A program made the translations under genes and the position numbers. Under the pieces are notes generated by a model that was not told the origin of the DNA, did no database searches, and saw only the letters and a program-made list of their open reading frames with translations. Positions 1 through 9,707 of a stretch of DNA of 64,000 nt are shown piece by piece (the first letter of the stretch is position 1; each line of letters begins with the position of its first letter). The stretch is from an uncultured bacterium (GTDB taxonomy: Bacteria; Patescibacteriota; Minisyncoccia; Phycocordibacterales; UBA918), in contig CBFGXL010000004.1 in assembly GCA_965652925.1 (NCBI GenBank), positions 358 through 64,357 on the forward strand, read 5' to 3'.

Positions 1-60
1 GGTGCGCCCATAGGGCGCACCCCCACCCCAAGCACACGCTTGGGGTTTTAATGTGGCGAC

Positions 61-89
61 TTTACAAAGCAGATTTTCCATAGTACACT
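61..89 (+). promoter_or_regulatory. sigma70-type promoter for rpsA
   Basis: TTTACA (61-66), 17-nt spacer, TACACT (84-89). Confidence 0.55.
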
Positions 90-203
90 CGCCGCACCTT
101 TCATAAGGTTTATTAATTCTCCCGATATACGGCCTAACCCTGGCGATACGGACACGGCACACGAGAAACTGCTCGCCAAACACCGTAGATCGGCATAGAC
201 ACA

Positions 204-1316
204 ATGTCAGACACAACAATGGCAACCCCAGAGGTTGCAGCAGGTGTAATGAACACCTTCATTACCAAGACCCCGACACCACCTCAAGCTGGTGATCTTG
301 TTGATGGTACCGTCTCAGCTATCGGCCGAGCACGTGTATACATCGACATCCATCCATTTGGATCAGGACTGATCTACGGACGTGAGTACATGAATGCCCG
401 CGACATCCTTCGCAAGGTGCGTGTGGGTGACGCTATCGCAGCGAAAGTAGTTGATACCAACAATGAGGACGGCTACATCGAGCTTTCGCTCAAAGAAGCA
501 CGGCAGGCGCTTATCTGGGCTGACGCTGAAACAGCAGCCAAGAACCAGACGATCCTTTCACTTGAAGTAAAAGAAGCAAACAAAGGTGGGCTCATTATCG
601 AGTGGCAGGGCATTCAGGGATTCTTACCTGCTTCACAGCTTTCAGCTGAACACTATCCGCGTGTTGCAGACGGTGACAAAGATAAGATCCTTACGGCGCT
701 TAATGACCTCGTCGGCAAGCACCTCAATGTGATCGTGATCACTGCAGACCAAAAGGAAGGAAAGCTCATCTTCTCTGAGAAAGGACCTCAAGAGAAAGAG
801 GTGAAGGAAGAAAAAGTGAGCAAGTACGAAGTTGGTGACGTACTCAATGGAGAAGTTACCGGCGCAGTAGACTTCGGCGTATTCGTGAAGATCGAAGACG
901 GACTTGAAGGACTCGTCCACATCTCTGAACTCGACTGGGGCTTGGTTGAGGACACACGTTCTCTCTACAAGGTAGGCGACAAGGTACAGGTGAAGGTCAT
1001 TGAAGTGAAAGACGACAAGATCTCACTTTCTATCAAGCAGCTGAAAGAAAACCCTTGGAACGAGGCAGCAAACAAGTACAAGAAGGACGACATCGTCAAT
1101 GGTGTGGTCATCAAGTACAACAAGCATGGCGCCCTTGCTTCTATCGAAGAAGGAGTTGCGGGACTCGTCCACATCTCTGAGTTCGAGAACGAGGAAGAAT
1201 TGAAGAACACGCTTCCACTTGGAGGTGTCCAGAAGTTCAAAATCTCACTCTTTGAGCCAAAAGAACAGCGCATGACACTCACCTACAAGGAAGTGAATCA
1301 GGCTGAGGTGAAATAA
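204..1316 (+). CDS. rpsA: 30S ribosomal protein S1 (four S1 domains)
   Basis: Repeated S1 motifs such as FGVFVKIEDGLEGLVHISEL and GLVHISEF; 370 aa. Confidence 0.95.
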   Translation: MSDTTMATPEVAAGVMNTFITKTPTPPQAGDLVDGTVSAIGRARVYIDIHPFGSGLIYGREYMNARDILRKVRVGDAIAAKVVDTNNEDGYIELSLKEARQALIWADAETAAKNQTILSLEVKEANKGGLIIEWQGIQGFLPASQLSAEHYPRVADGDKDKILTALNDLVGKHLNVIVITADQKEGKLIFSEKGPQEKEVKEEKVSKYEVGDVLNGEVTGAVDFGVFVKIEDGLEGLVHISELDWGLVEDTRSLYKVGDKVQVKVIEVKDDKISLSIKQLKENPWNEAANKYKKDDIVNGVVIKYNKHGALASIEEGVAGLVHISEFENEEELKNTLPLGGVQKFKISLFEPKEQRMTLTYKEVNQAEVK

Positions 1317-1349
1317 ATACTCAGCTATTGCGTAGCACTCTATAGAACA

Positions 1350-1389
1350 GCACAAAAAAGCTCGCCGCATGCGGCGAGCTTTTTTGTGC
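1350..1389. terminator. Bidirectional intrinsic terminator between rpsA and pth
   Basis: GCACAAAAAAGCTCGCCGC-AT-GCGGCGAGCTTTTTTGTGC inverted repeat between convergent genes. Confidence 0.85.
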
Positions 1390-1398
1390 ATCATAATA

Positions 1399-1983
1399 TT
1401 AATTAAATGTATTCATGACCTCCTGCGGTCCCTGTTGCACAAAAACACCGATCAGTGAAGCAATCATATCCTGCACAGGCGCCAGCTCCTGCAGTTCCCT
1501 TTTAGAAAAAGTACCCAATACATATGAGGAGAGTTTCTCGCCTTTTGGCCGGACGAGTTTGCCTGTCCATAGACTCTTTTTGCCGATGCCGATGCGCAGC
1601 CGTGCAAAATCCCTGCTGTGGAGACTTTCAATCACTGACTTGACGCCATTGTGTCCGCCATCCCCTCTGCCAAAAGAGGCTTTCATCTCCCCAAGAGGTA
1701 TGTCAATTTCGTCATACACGAGCATGAGCTTCTCAACAGCATCTTTGGGAACCAATTTTTTAACAGCGCTCCCTGAAGCGTTCATAAATGTCGATGGCAG
1801 TAGCACCGTTATCTCCTTGCCCTCGTATACGCCTTCTGAGATCAACCCGCTGAAAGTGCTCGACTGCCGTAGCTGCGGCAAACCTGCTGTTTCCACAAAA
1901 TTCCGCAGCAGCATGAAACCAATGTTATGCCGGGTGTTCTCATACTCCTTTCCTGGGTTGCCCAATCCGACTATGTAATGCAT
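1399..1983 (-). CDS. pth: Peptidyl-tRNA hydrolase
   Basis: IVGLGNPGKEYENTRHNIGF, GGHNG and RLRIGIG motifs; start moved to MHYIVG at 1983. Confidence 0.95.
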   Translation of the reverse strand: MHYIVGLGNPGKEYENTRHNIGFMLLRNFVETAGLPQLRQSSTFSGLISEGVYEGKEITVLLPSTFMNASGSAVKKLVPKDAVEKLMLVYDEIDIPLGEMKASFGRGDGGHNGVKSVIESLHSRDFARLRIGIGKKSLWTGKLVRPKGEKLSSYVLGTFSKRELQELAPVQDMIASLIGVFVQQGPQEVMNTFN

Positions 1984-2117
1984 GAGATGAGTATACCAGG
2001 TAGCATTTATTTTTTCCGTAGTCACTTCTGATGTGGTGTTGTGCCAAAGTAGATGCGAATTTTTGCTTAATTCCTCCATTGAACTATAATAGGGAGCGAT
2101 AGATTCCTAACCACATT

Positions 2118-2735
2118 ATGAGCACCTTACAAACACCACAACCTATGCAAGAAGAGCATACTGCAACAGAACAAAACCTTGAAAAAAAGAAGCATCCGTT
2201 TGCTGAAATCGTGGAGTTTGCGCTCATTGCCCTCCTGATCGTTGTCCCGGTTCGCATGTTCATTGCCCAGCCGTTTATTGTGTCTGGCGCCTCAATGGAG
2301 GACACATTCCATAGCGGTGAATATCTCATCATCGACCAGGTCACATATCGTCTTCAGGACCCGAAACGCGGAGATGTCATCGTGTTCCGCTATCCGCAAG
2401 ACCCCTCAAAATACTTCATAAAGCGTATTATTGGCATTCCTGGCGATATCATTGATATACAAGGAGACGTAGTAAACGTCACTACCAAAGAGGGTGAAAC
2501 ACTCGTACTTGACGAGCCCTATATAAAATCGATGGCTGAGAATACCACTCTTACCGAAACCCTCGGCGACCGCGAATACTTCGTCATGGGAGACAACCGC
2601 GACGCAAGCTCTGACTCTCGCGTGTGGGGAGTACTTCAGAAGGAAAAAATAATCGGCAAGGCCTTCGTTCGACTGTTCCCGTTCAGCGAGGCTGGAGTAC
2701 TTCCTGGAGAGTACAACATTACCAATAACAATTAA
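2118..2735 (+). CDS. lepB: Signal peptidase I
   Basis: One TM helix, then VSGASM (catalytic Ser), FIKRIIG (catalytic Lys), MGDNRDASSDSR. Confidence 0.95.
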   Translation: MSTLQTPQPMQEEHTATEQNLEKKKHPFAEIVEFALIALLIVVPVRMFIAQPFIVSGASMEDTFHSGEYLIIDQVTYRLQDPKRGDVIVFRYPQDPSKYFIKRIIGIPGDIIDIQGDVVNVTTKEGETLVLDEPYIKSMAENTTLTETLGDREYFVMGDNRDASSDSRVWGVLQKEKIIGKAFVRLFPFSEAGVLPGEYNITNNN

Positions 2736-2741
2736 ATACGT

Positions 2742-3920
2742 ATGGAGGTCACCGCAACAGATTTTTTGAAGCACGCATCAAGCACTGCTGAGCATTTTGG
2801 TTTCAAGAATATTGAAGCCCTAAAAAAACACCCAGCCTGCAAAAGTTGCGCAAAAAAACTGGAACACACCGCAAGCGCACAAGACCGGCGCATCGACGCC
2901 TTGCACGGCATGCTCACTTCAGGTATGCACACCTTCTGTGACGCGAAACTCCACGCCATACCTGAACCCGTCCTTTTCTATACTATTGAACAGGTGCCTC
3001 GCTCAGGCGAGGCTGCGGTCACCTTCCAGGTGTTTAATGTCGAGAAGAGCATTGCTGAAGCAATTCTCATTCAAGCTACGCGGGCACTCACCCGTGATCT
3101 GGGGTTTTTGAATCACAGTGTGCGCATCAATTCGCTCGGCGATCGGGATTCTTCGACGCGATACATCCGGGAACTCACCAATTATCTCCGAAAGCGTCTG
3201 GACGATATGCCTGAAGCTGCTCGCGAGCTCATGAAGGAGCATGCACTCTCAGCTCTTACTCATCTCATAGAGAAGGAACACGAACTCGCCTATAAATCAC
3301 CCAACCCTCTGGAATATCTCTCCGACCAGAGCCGCAAGCACTTCAGAGAAATTGTCGAGTATTTGGATATGACTGATACACCGTATGAGATAGATCCAAA
3401 GCTCATCGGCCATCACGAGTGCTATTCTGACGCGCTGTTTGCCATTGACCTCCTCAACGACGAAGGTTCTCGAATACAGCACGCGCCACTCTATATACGA
3501 GGCGGACGATACAATGAATTCGTATACCGCAACACCAAACAGCAGATCCCTGCAGCGGGGGCAGTTGTTGTACTCCGTGACAAGAAGGCACCGGCACGAA
3601 CGCCTCGCACTCGTCTATCAACCCCGTCAGTATATGTGGTGCAGCTTGGATTCGGACCAAAGGTGACAAGTCTGGTTCTTATAGATGAACTGCGCAAAGC
3701 GGGTATCAGCGTCCACCAGAATCTTGCAAGTGATTCCCTCTCAACACAGCTACGCGATGCGGAGTCACGCAATGTGAAATATACGATCATCATAGGACAA
3801 AAAGAGTTTGTTGATGGCACAGTGATTCTTCGAGACATGGAGGGTCGCAATCAGGAGTACGTACCTATACAGGCTCTGGCTGGACGCTTGAAGCGTTCAG
3901 CACGGCAATCGACCCTGTAA
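2742..3920 (+). CDS. Degenerate histidyl-tRNA synthetase paralog with C-terminal anticodon-binding domain
   Basis: HisS-like INSLGD, YEIDPKL and GGRY segments plus a class IIa anticodon-binding tail (YTIIIGQKE...VILRDM); motif 2 not recognisable. Confidence 0.7.
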   Translation: MEVTATDFLKHASSTAEHFGFKNIEALKKHPACKSCAKKLEHTASAQDRRIDALHGMLTSGMHTFCDAKLHAIPEPVLFYTIEQVPRSGEAAVTFQVFNVEKSIAEAILIQATRALTRDLGFLNHSVRINSLGDRDSSTRYIRELTNYLRKRLDDMPEAARELMKEHALSALTHLIEKEHELAYKSPNPLEYLSDQSRKHFREIVEYLDMTDTPYEIDPKLIGHHECYSDALFAIDLLNDEGSRIQHAPLYIRGGRYNEFVYRNTKQQIPAAGAVVVLRDKKAPARTPRTRLSTPSVYVVQLGFGPKVTSLVLIDELRKAGISVHQNLASDSLSTQLRDAESRNVKYTIIIGQKEFVDGTVILRDMEGRNQEYVPIQALAGRLKRSARQSTL

Positions 3921-3978
3921 TAGAGGCCAGAAATTCACTTGCGTTGTTGGCGAGGGAATGGTATTCTTTCGCCCACAT

Positions 3979-4224
3979 ATGGCAACAAACGTTCAAGTAG
4001 AAAAGAATCAAAACGAGAGCAGCGCAAACGTCATTCGACGGTTCACTAAGCGCATGCAGGGATCGGGTGTACTTCAGCGCGTCCGCAAGAATCGCTACTA
4101 TTCTCGAACCAAGAGCGAGAACGTCCGCAAGGAGGCTCGGCTCAAGAAACTTACAAAGATGGTAGAGTACGAGAAGCAACTGAAACTCGGCAAGATCCAG
4201 GAAAAAGCTCCACGTCGACGATAA
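3979..4224 (+). CDS. rpsU: 30S ribosomal protein S21 (divergent)
   Basis: NESSANVIRRFTKRMQGSGVLQRVRKNRYY fits the bS21 pattern; basic 81-aa protein. Confidence 0.75.
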   Translation: MATNVQVEKNQNESSANVIRRFTKRMQGSGVLQRVRKNRYYSRTKSENVRKEARLKKLTKMVEYEKQLKLGKIQEKAPRRR

Positions 4225-4228
4225 TACC

Positions 4229-4258
4229 CAAAGCCCAGCGTTCAGCTGGGCTTTGTTG
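4229..4258 (+). terminator. Intrinsic terminator after rpsU
   Basis: CAAAGCCCAGC-GTTCA-GCTGGGCTTTG followed by TTG. Confidence 0.6.
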
Positions 4259-4279
4259 TAATGCTATACTTAAGAACGC

Positions 4280-4663
4280 ATGCATATTACTTTCTCCCTC
4301 AGCGCGACAAGCAAAACCTATCCGAACTTCCCCTATCAGAAGATGAAAGATGATATCCTCGGAAAACAGTATGCCCTCTCACTTGCGTTCATTGGTGCTA
4401 CCCGTGCACAAAGGCTTAACCAAGAACACCGGGGCAAAACATATGTGCCAAACGTGCTTTCGTTTCCACTCGACGATACTGCGGGCGAGATTTATATCGC
4501 TCCCTCTGTTGCCAAAAAGCAGGCGCACAAGTACAACATGAGTGTTGATGGCTATATTGGCTTCTTATTTATCCACGCATTGCTCCATTTGAAAGGGTAC
4601 GACCATGGCGCTACAATGGACAAAGCAGAAAAGAGGTATTGTAATAAATACCATCTGCGCTAA
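4280..4663 (+). CDS. ybeY: rRNA maturation endoribonuclease YbeY
   Basis: NVLSFP, GEIYI and HALLHLKGYDH zinc-binding motif. Confidence 0.93.
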   Translation: MHITFSLSATSKTYPNFPYQKMKDDILGKQYALSLAFIGATRAQRLNQEHRGKTYVPNVLSFPLDDTAGEIYIAPSVAKKQAHKYNMSVDGYIGFLFIHALLHLKGYDHGATMDKAEKRYCNKYHLR

Positions 4664-4694
4664 TAGACGCATTACGCGTACTTTTTTATAGATA

Positions 4695-5867
4695 ATGACT
4701 GACCGCATCATAACTGGCATAGACGTAGGAACCTATCAGGTGAAGGTCGTTATTGTTCGTGTACCTATGAAAAAACAAGGAGAGCATACTCTCCCCCAAA
4801 TTATCGGTACCGGATACGCGGAAAGTCGCGGACTACGCAACGGATACATCATCAATGAAACTGACGTGGTGCGTAGCGTACGCAGTGCTGTTGCACAGGC
4901 AGAAAAAGCCGCGGGTGTGGAAGTAAAAAAAGCTTATGTGGCAATAGGAGGCATCGGTATAGATGAAATTACCTCAAAGGGGGAAATCATCACTTCTCGA
5001 GCGGATTCAGAGATCACACAGATCGACATCGACAAAGCCATGCAAGACAGCGAGGAACGGATCCAGGAACACATACCTAATCGAAAGATCCTCCACGCAA
5101 TTCCGCTGTCATACCGTGTTGACAATGAGCTCGTGCTCGGAAAGGCAATTGGCATGCGTGGGACAAAACTGGAGGTGGAGACACTTTTCATAACCACATT
5201 CGAACAACACCTCAACGACTTGGTAACTGCCATCGAAAACACAGGCATCGCTGTTGAGGATGTCATGGCTTCACCTCTTGCTGCTTCCTTTGTCATGCTC
5301 ACCAAAGCGCAGAAACGAGCCGGCTGTGTTTTGGCCAACATCGGAGCAGAAACGGTTTCCATAGTTGTGTTCGAGAACAGCACTCCTATTTCTATAAAAA
5401 TATTCCCTATCGGATCAAACGACATCACCAATGACATTGCTCTTGGCCTGAAGATCACTCTCGAAGAAGCTGAGAAGATCAAGCGCGGAGGGATGAGCAC
5501 AACCAATTACTCGAAGCGAAAACTTGACGAGATCATTGCTGCACGCCTCACCGACATCTTTGAACTCATCGACATGCATCTGAAGAAAATCAGGAAGGAT
5601 GGTCTCCTCCCCGCGGGAATCGTGATCACCGGTGGAGGTTCTGGTGTTGCAAGCATTCAGGACCTCGCCCGTGCTTCCCTTAAACTCCCTTCCCGCATCG
5701 CTACACTTGATCCAGGCCAGAACGGCAAAGTACGGGATGCTTCATGGGCAGTCTCCTATGGTCTGTGCATGTGGGGCGCAAGCGACAGCGAAGACAGCTC
5801 AACCATTGGAATCGCAAAGAAGACCAAGAACACACTTGTTAATTGGCTCAGTCAATTCCTCCCCTAA
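4695..5867 (+). CDS. ftsA: Cell division protein FtsA
   Basis: GIDVGT actin-fold motif, IGSNDITNDIA, GIVITGGGS; lies upstream of ftsZ. Confidence 0.95.
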   Translation: MTDRIITGIDVGTYQVKVVIVRVPMKKQGEHTLPQIIGTGYAESRGLRNGYIINETDVVRSVRSAVAQAEKAAGVEVKKAYVAIGGIGIDEITSKGEIITSRADSEITQIDIDKAMQDSEERIQEHIPNRKILHAIPLSYRVDNELVLGKAIGMRGTKLEVETLFITTFEQHLNDLVTAIENTGIAVEDVMASPLAASFVMLTKAQKRAGCVLANIGAETVSIVVFENSTPISIKIFPIGSNDITNDIALGLKITLEEAEKIKRGGMSTTNYSKRKLDEIIAARLTDIFELIDMHLKKIRKDGLLPAGIVITGGGSGVASIQDLARASLKLPSRIATLDPGQNGKVRDASWAVSYGLCMWGASDSEDSSTIGIAKKTKNTLVNWLSQFLP

Positions 5868-5868
5868 T

Positions 5869-6504
5869 TTAGTATTTAAGCCACTCTCCTTCAGACACGA
5901 CCTGTATAAGGTCGTTTTCTATTTTGATACCCGACTGATCATCTATCGCATAGAGTTCGTTGGAAATACCCTCTAAATATTTTCTGTTGCCCTGGTGACT
6001 CACCTGTTCAGGAGTATGCGGCGAGATCTCAAAATTGATAAAACCTAAACCAGAGAAGTCAGTAAGATCAGACAGATTCTTGTCTCCATCATCAATGCTT
6101 GCAATAGCAATACTTGGCGTCATTACAATTGTCCCAGCACTAATGCCAACTACAACTTTTTCGTCTCTATGAGAGTAAAGCCACTCCCCAAAGCCCGCCT
6201 TCCGTATCTGATCAATAAGGTGAAACGTATTACCTCCTGAGATCACTACACAGTCCACACTCTCGAACCGCCCTTTCCAGTCCACACCTTCGGCAGATAT
6301 GTCGATTATGTCTATCCACTGAAATCCAAATCCCTGAAGGTTTGAGAGCTGACGCAAAAACCATTCCTTATTGCCCGGTTCCACATTTGCAGCGGTGGGA
6401 ATGAATCCTATCTTTGTCTGACCATTAGGCTTCCCAAGAAGATCAGAAAGAGCGTCGGCAAGAGACCTATTAGTAATACCTGCGGAGGTAAGAAGCATTT
6501 TCAC
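5869..6504 (-). CDS. Peptidase S51 (dipeptidase E / class I glutamine amidotransferase-like)
   Basis: FIPTAA, SGGNTF, GISAG nucleophile elbow and ISPH motifs. Confidence 0.85.
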   Translation of the reverse strand: MKMLLTSAGITNRSLADALSDLLGKPNGQTKIGFIPTAANVEPGNKEWFLRQLSNLQGFGFQWIDIIDISAEGVDWKGRFESVDCVVISGGNTFHLIDQIRKAGFGEWLYSHRDEKVVVGISAGTIVMTPSIAIASIDDGDKNLSDLTDFSGLGFINFEISPHTPEQVSHQGNRKYLEGISNELYAIDDQSGIKIENDLIQVVSEGEWLKY

Positions 6505-6589
6505 ATAATGATTATAACAGTTTTTGAGTGATTAATTGTAACAAAAAAGTGTTTAGGTCAATCACACGAAAGAGAAAAGTGTCAATATA

Positions 6590-6618
6590 GTGACAGGCTT
6601 ACATCAGCACTGTATGAT
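6590..6618 (+). promoter_or_regulatory. ftsZ promoter, with -35 overlapped by a TGTCA-N6-TGACA inverted repeat
   Basis: GTGACA (6590-6595), 17 nt, TATGAT (6613-6618); inverted repeat at 6580-6595. Confidence 0.45.
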
Positions 6619-6680
6619 TGTGCTACTTATCAGTTCAGGACCTAGGGATGGGTTTCTGGGGTATTACATATTAAAGTGTT

Positions 6681-7931
6681 ATGGAACAAATAAAGTCAGA
6701 TGTTGAATCGTTTGCACGTATACGCGTTATTGGTGTTGGTGGTTCGGGAAACAATGCGGTCAACCACATGGTGGCCTCAAAGATCAAAGGAGTTGAGTTC
6801 ATTGCCATCAACAGCGATGCGCAGGACCTCCATCACTCTCTTGCAAAGAAGAAGATCCACATCGGAAAGAACCTTACTCGAGGGCTTGGTGCAGGAGGAA
6901 ACCCTGACATGGGAAAGCGTGCTGCTGAAGAGACACGTGAGGAGATCGCAAATTCTTTGAAAGGTTCAGACATGATCTTCATTACCGGAGGTATGGGTGG
7001 AGGAACCGGAACAGGAGCTGCTCCCGTAGTGGCAAAGATCGCTCGGGAAAGCGGAGCGCTGACTGTAGGTGTAGTGACCAAGCCGTTCTTGTTCGAAGGA
7101 CAGGAACGTATGCGCTTGGCACTGCAGGGTATTGAAGAACTCAAGCGCGAAGTTGATGCACTCATCACCATCCCTAACGACCGACTGCTCGCTATTGTAG
7201 ACAAAGACACAACGGTAAAGACCGCGTTCGCCATGTGTGACGACATCCTTAAGCAGGCTGTTGAGGGAATTTCTGACCTCATCACGATGCCAGGTATCAT
7301 CAACGTTGACTTTGCTGACATTCGTTCTGTCATGGAAAATGCAGGAAGTGCACTTATGGGTATCGGTATGTCTACCGGCGAGAAGCGTGCTGAGGAAGCT
7401 GCACGGGCTTCGATCAATTCTCCCCTTCTTGAAGTATCAATCACTGGAGCGAAAGGTGTACTCTTCGCTATTGCAGGAGGCGATGACCTCGGAATGCTTG
7501 AGATCCAGGACGCTGCACGAGTGATCACTGAATCGATTGATCCACATGCAAAGGTCATCTTTGGAGCTATCCGCGACGAGAAGCTTAAGAAGAATGAGAT
7601 CAAGGTTACTGTTATCGCAACCGGGTTCCCTGAGCCTGAAAGCAATCACATCAGCTCATCAACTATTGTTCGTACGCCAATCCAGACGCGCGTACCTGAG
7701 GAAGCTGTTGCTCAAGAAGACACTCGTGGAAGGATATTCAATTCGCTTGGCACGCCACGACGCCGCGAGATGACCGAGGAAGTGGCTGAACAGGAAGCAG
7801 AACGCCCCGTTATTGCGCAGCCCAAATCAGACATCAAAGCTGAACCTCGACCAGTTGATCCAATCGATGAGGAGGACGACGAGGACTGGGGGGCAGTACC
7901 TGCATTTTTGAGGAGATCAAAGTTAAAGTAA
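6681..7931 (+). CDS. ftsZ: Cell division protein FtsZ
   Basis: [10 protein letters not shown] tubulin motif, INVDFAD, C-terminal VPAFLRR. Confidence 0.98.
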   Translation: MEQIKSDVESFARIRVIGVGGSGNNAVNHMVASKIKGVEFIAINSDAQDLHHSLAKKKIHIGKNLTRGLGAGGNPDMGKRAAEETREEIANSLKGSDMIFITGGMGGGTGTGAAPVVAKIARESGALTVGVVTKPFLFEGQERMRLALQGIEELKREVDALITIPNDRLLAIVDKDTTVKTAFAMCDDILKQAVEGISDLITMPGIINVDFADIRSVMENAGSALMGIGMSTGEKRAEEAARASINSPLLEVSITGAKGVLFAIAGGDDLGMLEIQDAARVITESIDPHAKVIFGAIRDEKLKKNEIKVTVIATGFPEPESNHISSSTIVRTPIQTRVPEEAVAQEDTRGRIFNSLGTPRRREMTEEVAEQEAERPVIAQPKSDIKAEPRPVDPIDEEDDEDWGAVPAFLRRSKLK

Positions 7932-7944
7932 GACATAGGCCAGA

Positions 7945-7983
7945 ACAACAAAACACACGCGTCTGCGTGTGTTTTGTTGTTTA
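7945..7983 (+). terminator. Intrinsic terminator after ftsZ
   Basis: ACAACAAAACACACGC-GTCT-GCGTGTGTTTTGTTGT. Confidence 0.75.
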
Positions 7984-8066
7984 TGCATGTTTGGGTATAA
8001 TAGGCCAACATTACAAATCAATAGAGGCAGACGGGGTGTTTGTCTCAGCTATTCTTACTTCATCAC

Positions 8067-8987
8067 ATGTACGACTTGATCATCATTGGCGGCGGACCGG
8101 CAGGTGTCGCAGCTGGAGTCTATGCGTCTCGCAAGCAGCTACGCACACTTTTTGTCACTAAAGAATGGGGTGGGCAAAGTACTGTATCTGTTGAGATCCA
8201 GAACTGGATAGGTACCCCAGCAATATCAGGCTCCGAGCTCGCGAAGAATCTCCAGAATCATCTACAGACCTATGCGGGTGAATTTGTTGAGATCAAGCCC
8301 AACATGCTCGTGACCGCTCTCACGAAGGAAGACAATGTGTTTACAGTAACCCTCGGCTCCGGCGAGACTGTTCAAGCACTTTCAGTCTTGATCGCAAGTG
8401 GATCACAACGCAGACGTTTGCAAGCCCCAGGAGCAGATGAGTTTGAGCACAAAGGCCTCACTTACTGTGCTTCGTGTGATGGGCCACTCTTTGCCGGACA
8501 GGATGTTGCTGTTGTCGGAGCGGGCAATGCCGGTTTCGAGACCGCCGCGCAGCTGCTTGCGTACGCGAAGAGCGTTACCCTCTTCCAGCGAAGTGCCGTT
8601 CCAAAAGCTGACCCAGTTACGGTTGAGCGTGTTCTCTCGCACCCCAACATGCGAAGCATCGCAAATTCAACCATCACTGGTGTATATGGCGAGAAATTTG
8701 TGTCGAGCATTGGCTACAGCGTAGATGGCGCCGAGGAACAGAAGCTCCCGGTTGCAGGAGTGTTCGTGGAGATCGGTATGGTACCAAACACTGACTTTGC
8801 AGCAGGTGCTGTCGAGCTCGATGAGTACAACCGCATCAAGATAGACCCATGGACGCAGAAGACCTCTACCCCAGGCATATGGGCTGCTGGCGATTGCACG
8901 AACATTAAGTACCACCAGAACAATATTTCAGCTGGAGACGCAGTGCGTGCGCTTGAGGACATCTACGTACACCTCAAGACCAAATAG
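8067..8987 (+). CDS. trxB: Thioredoxin-disulfide reductase (TrxB/AhpF-like)
   Basis: GGGPAG FAD motif, CASCDG redox centre, GAGNAG, WAAGD; start at MYDLII. Confidence 0.85.
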   Translation: MYDLIIIGGGPAGVAAGVYASRKQLRTLFVTKEWGGQSTVSVEIQNWIGTPAISGSELAKNLQNHLQTYAGEFVEIKPNMLVTALTKEDNVFTVTLGSGETVQALSVLIASGSQRRRLQAPGADEFEHKGLTYCASCDGPLFAGQDVAVVGAGNAGFETAAQLLAYAKSVTLFQRSAVPKADPVTVERVLSHPNMRSIANSTITGVYGEKFVSSIGYSVDGAEEQKLPVAGVFVEIGMVPNTDFAAGAVELDEYNRIKIDPWTQKTSTPGIWAAGDCTNIKYHQNNISAGDAVRALEDIYVHLKTK

Positions 8988-9018
8988 CAACCACCTGCCG
9001 GTTGAATCTGAATATTAA

Positions 9019-9056
9019 AAAACAAAAGGCCGCCTTATTTAAGGGCGCCTTTTGTT
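9019..9056. terminator. Bidirectional terminator
   Basis: ACAAAAGGCCGCC...GGCGCCTTTTGT imperfect hairpin with A and T tracts. Confidence 0.6.
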
Positions 9057-9204
9057 GTACAACGTAGAGCTTTGGCCTGCACGCCTGTGTTGCGTAGCCT
9101 CGCAACAGAGTATGAAGATTCACCACCGCGCAAACCTTCAATAATGTTCTCACATGAAAATGAAGCGTCAATGAATCGTGAAAAACGTTATTTTAAGGCG
9201 TTGC

Positions 9205-9236
9205 TGTGCATAACCTGTGCATATGTGGGTGCATAA
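9205..9236. promoter_or_regulatory. Three DnaA-box-like 9-mers
   Basis: TGTGCATAA (9205), TGTGCATAT (9216), GGTGCATAA (9228); the first is the exact reverse complement of TTATNCACA. Confidence 0.45.
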
Positions 9237-9266
9237 CAGAGAGGAGAAGTGAGTGCAGAACTATGT

Positions 9267-9698
9267 CTACAACTCACTTGCACAATCTAACAGCGAAAGC
9301 CCGGTCTCTTCGTCATATTCCCGCTCAACGGTGGTCGGTAGAGTCCGCAGGACAACCTCGAGCACGATACCCGCGCTCATCTTTTCAATATGTCCACCAA
9401 AAGCCTTATTGTCTCTTCCTGTGAATACCCCGTGCACATGCACAAAGGGCTTGCCGTCTTTAAGCGCTACATTTCCCGTGAGACTCACCACCTCCACGAT
9501 CTCTGGGTATTGCGTGAAATAATATTTCTTTTCATCAAGAGCATAGTAGCCGCACGAGATATCCTTTGCCGCACCGATGCCGGTGAACGAAGCATTGTTG
9601 ATGCCCTCCTCAACGCAAAACTCAGTGAGCGAGGTAATGAACTCCTCGCCTTTATCGATCCGTAAGATATACGTTGCATCAGTTTTGGTGTACCGCAT
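9267..9698 (-). CDS. PPC/DUF296 domain protein
   Basis: FTGIGA, EVVSLTGNV, HVHGV and GGHI motifs. Confidence 0.9.
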   Translation of the reverse strand: MRYTKTDATYILRIDKGEEFITSLTEFCVEEGINNASFTGIGAAKDISCGYYALDEKKYYFTQYPEIVEVVSLTGNVALKDGKPFVHVHGVFTGRDNKAFGGHIEKMSAGIVLEVVLRTLPTTVEREYDEETGLSLLDCASEL

Positions 9699-9707
9699 GG
9701 ATAAGTA

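Noticed and set aside
6833-7645. Long antisense ORFs opposite ftsZ, ftsA, the MATE gene and nhaA
   Set aside because: Shadow frames of well-supported genes with no independent motifs.
9134-9161. dif site at the local switch in gene orientation
   Set aside because: The left arm is vaguely XerC-like but the right arm does not match TTATGTTAAAT; orientation switches again later in the window.
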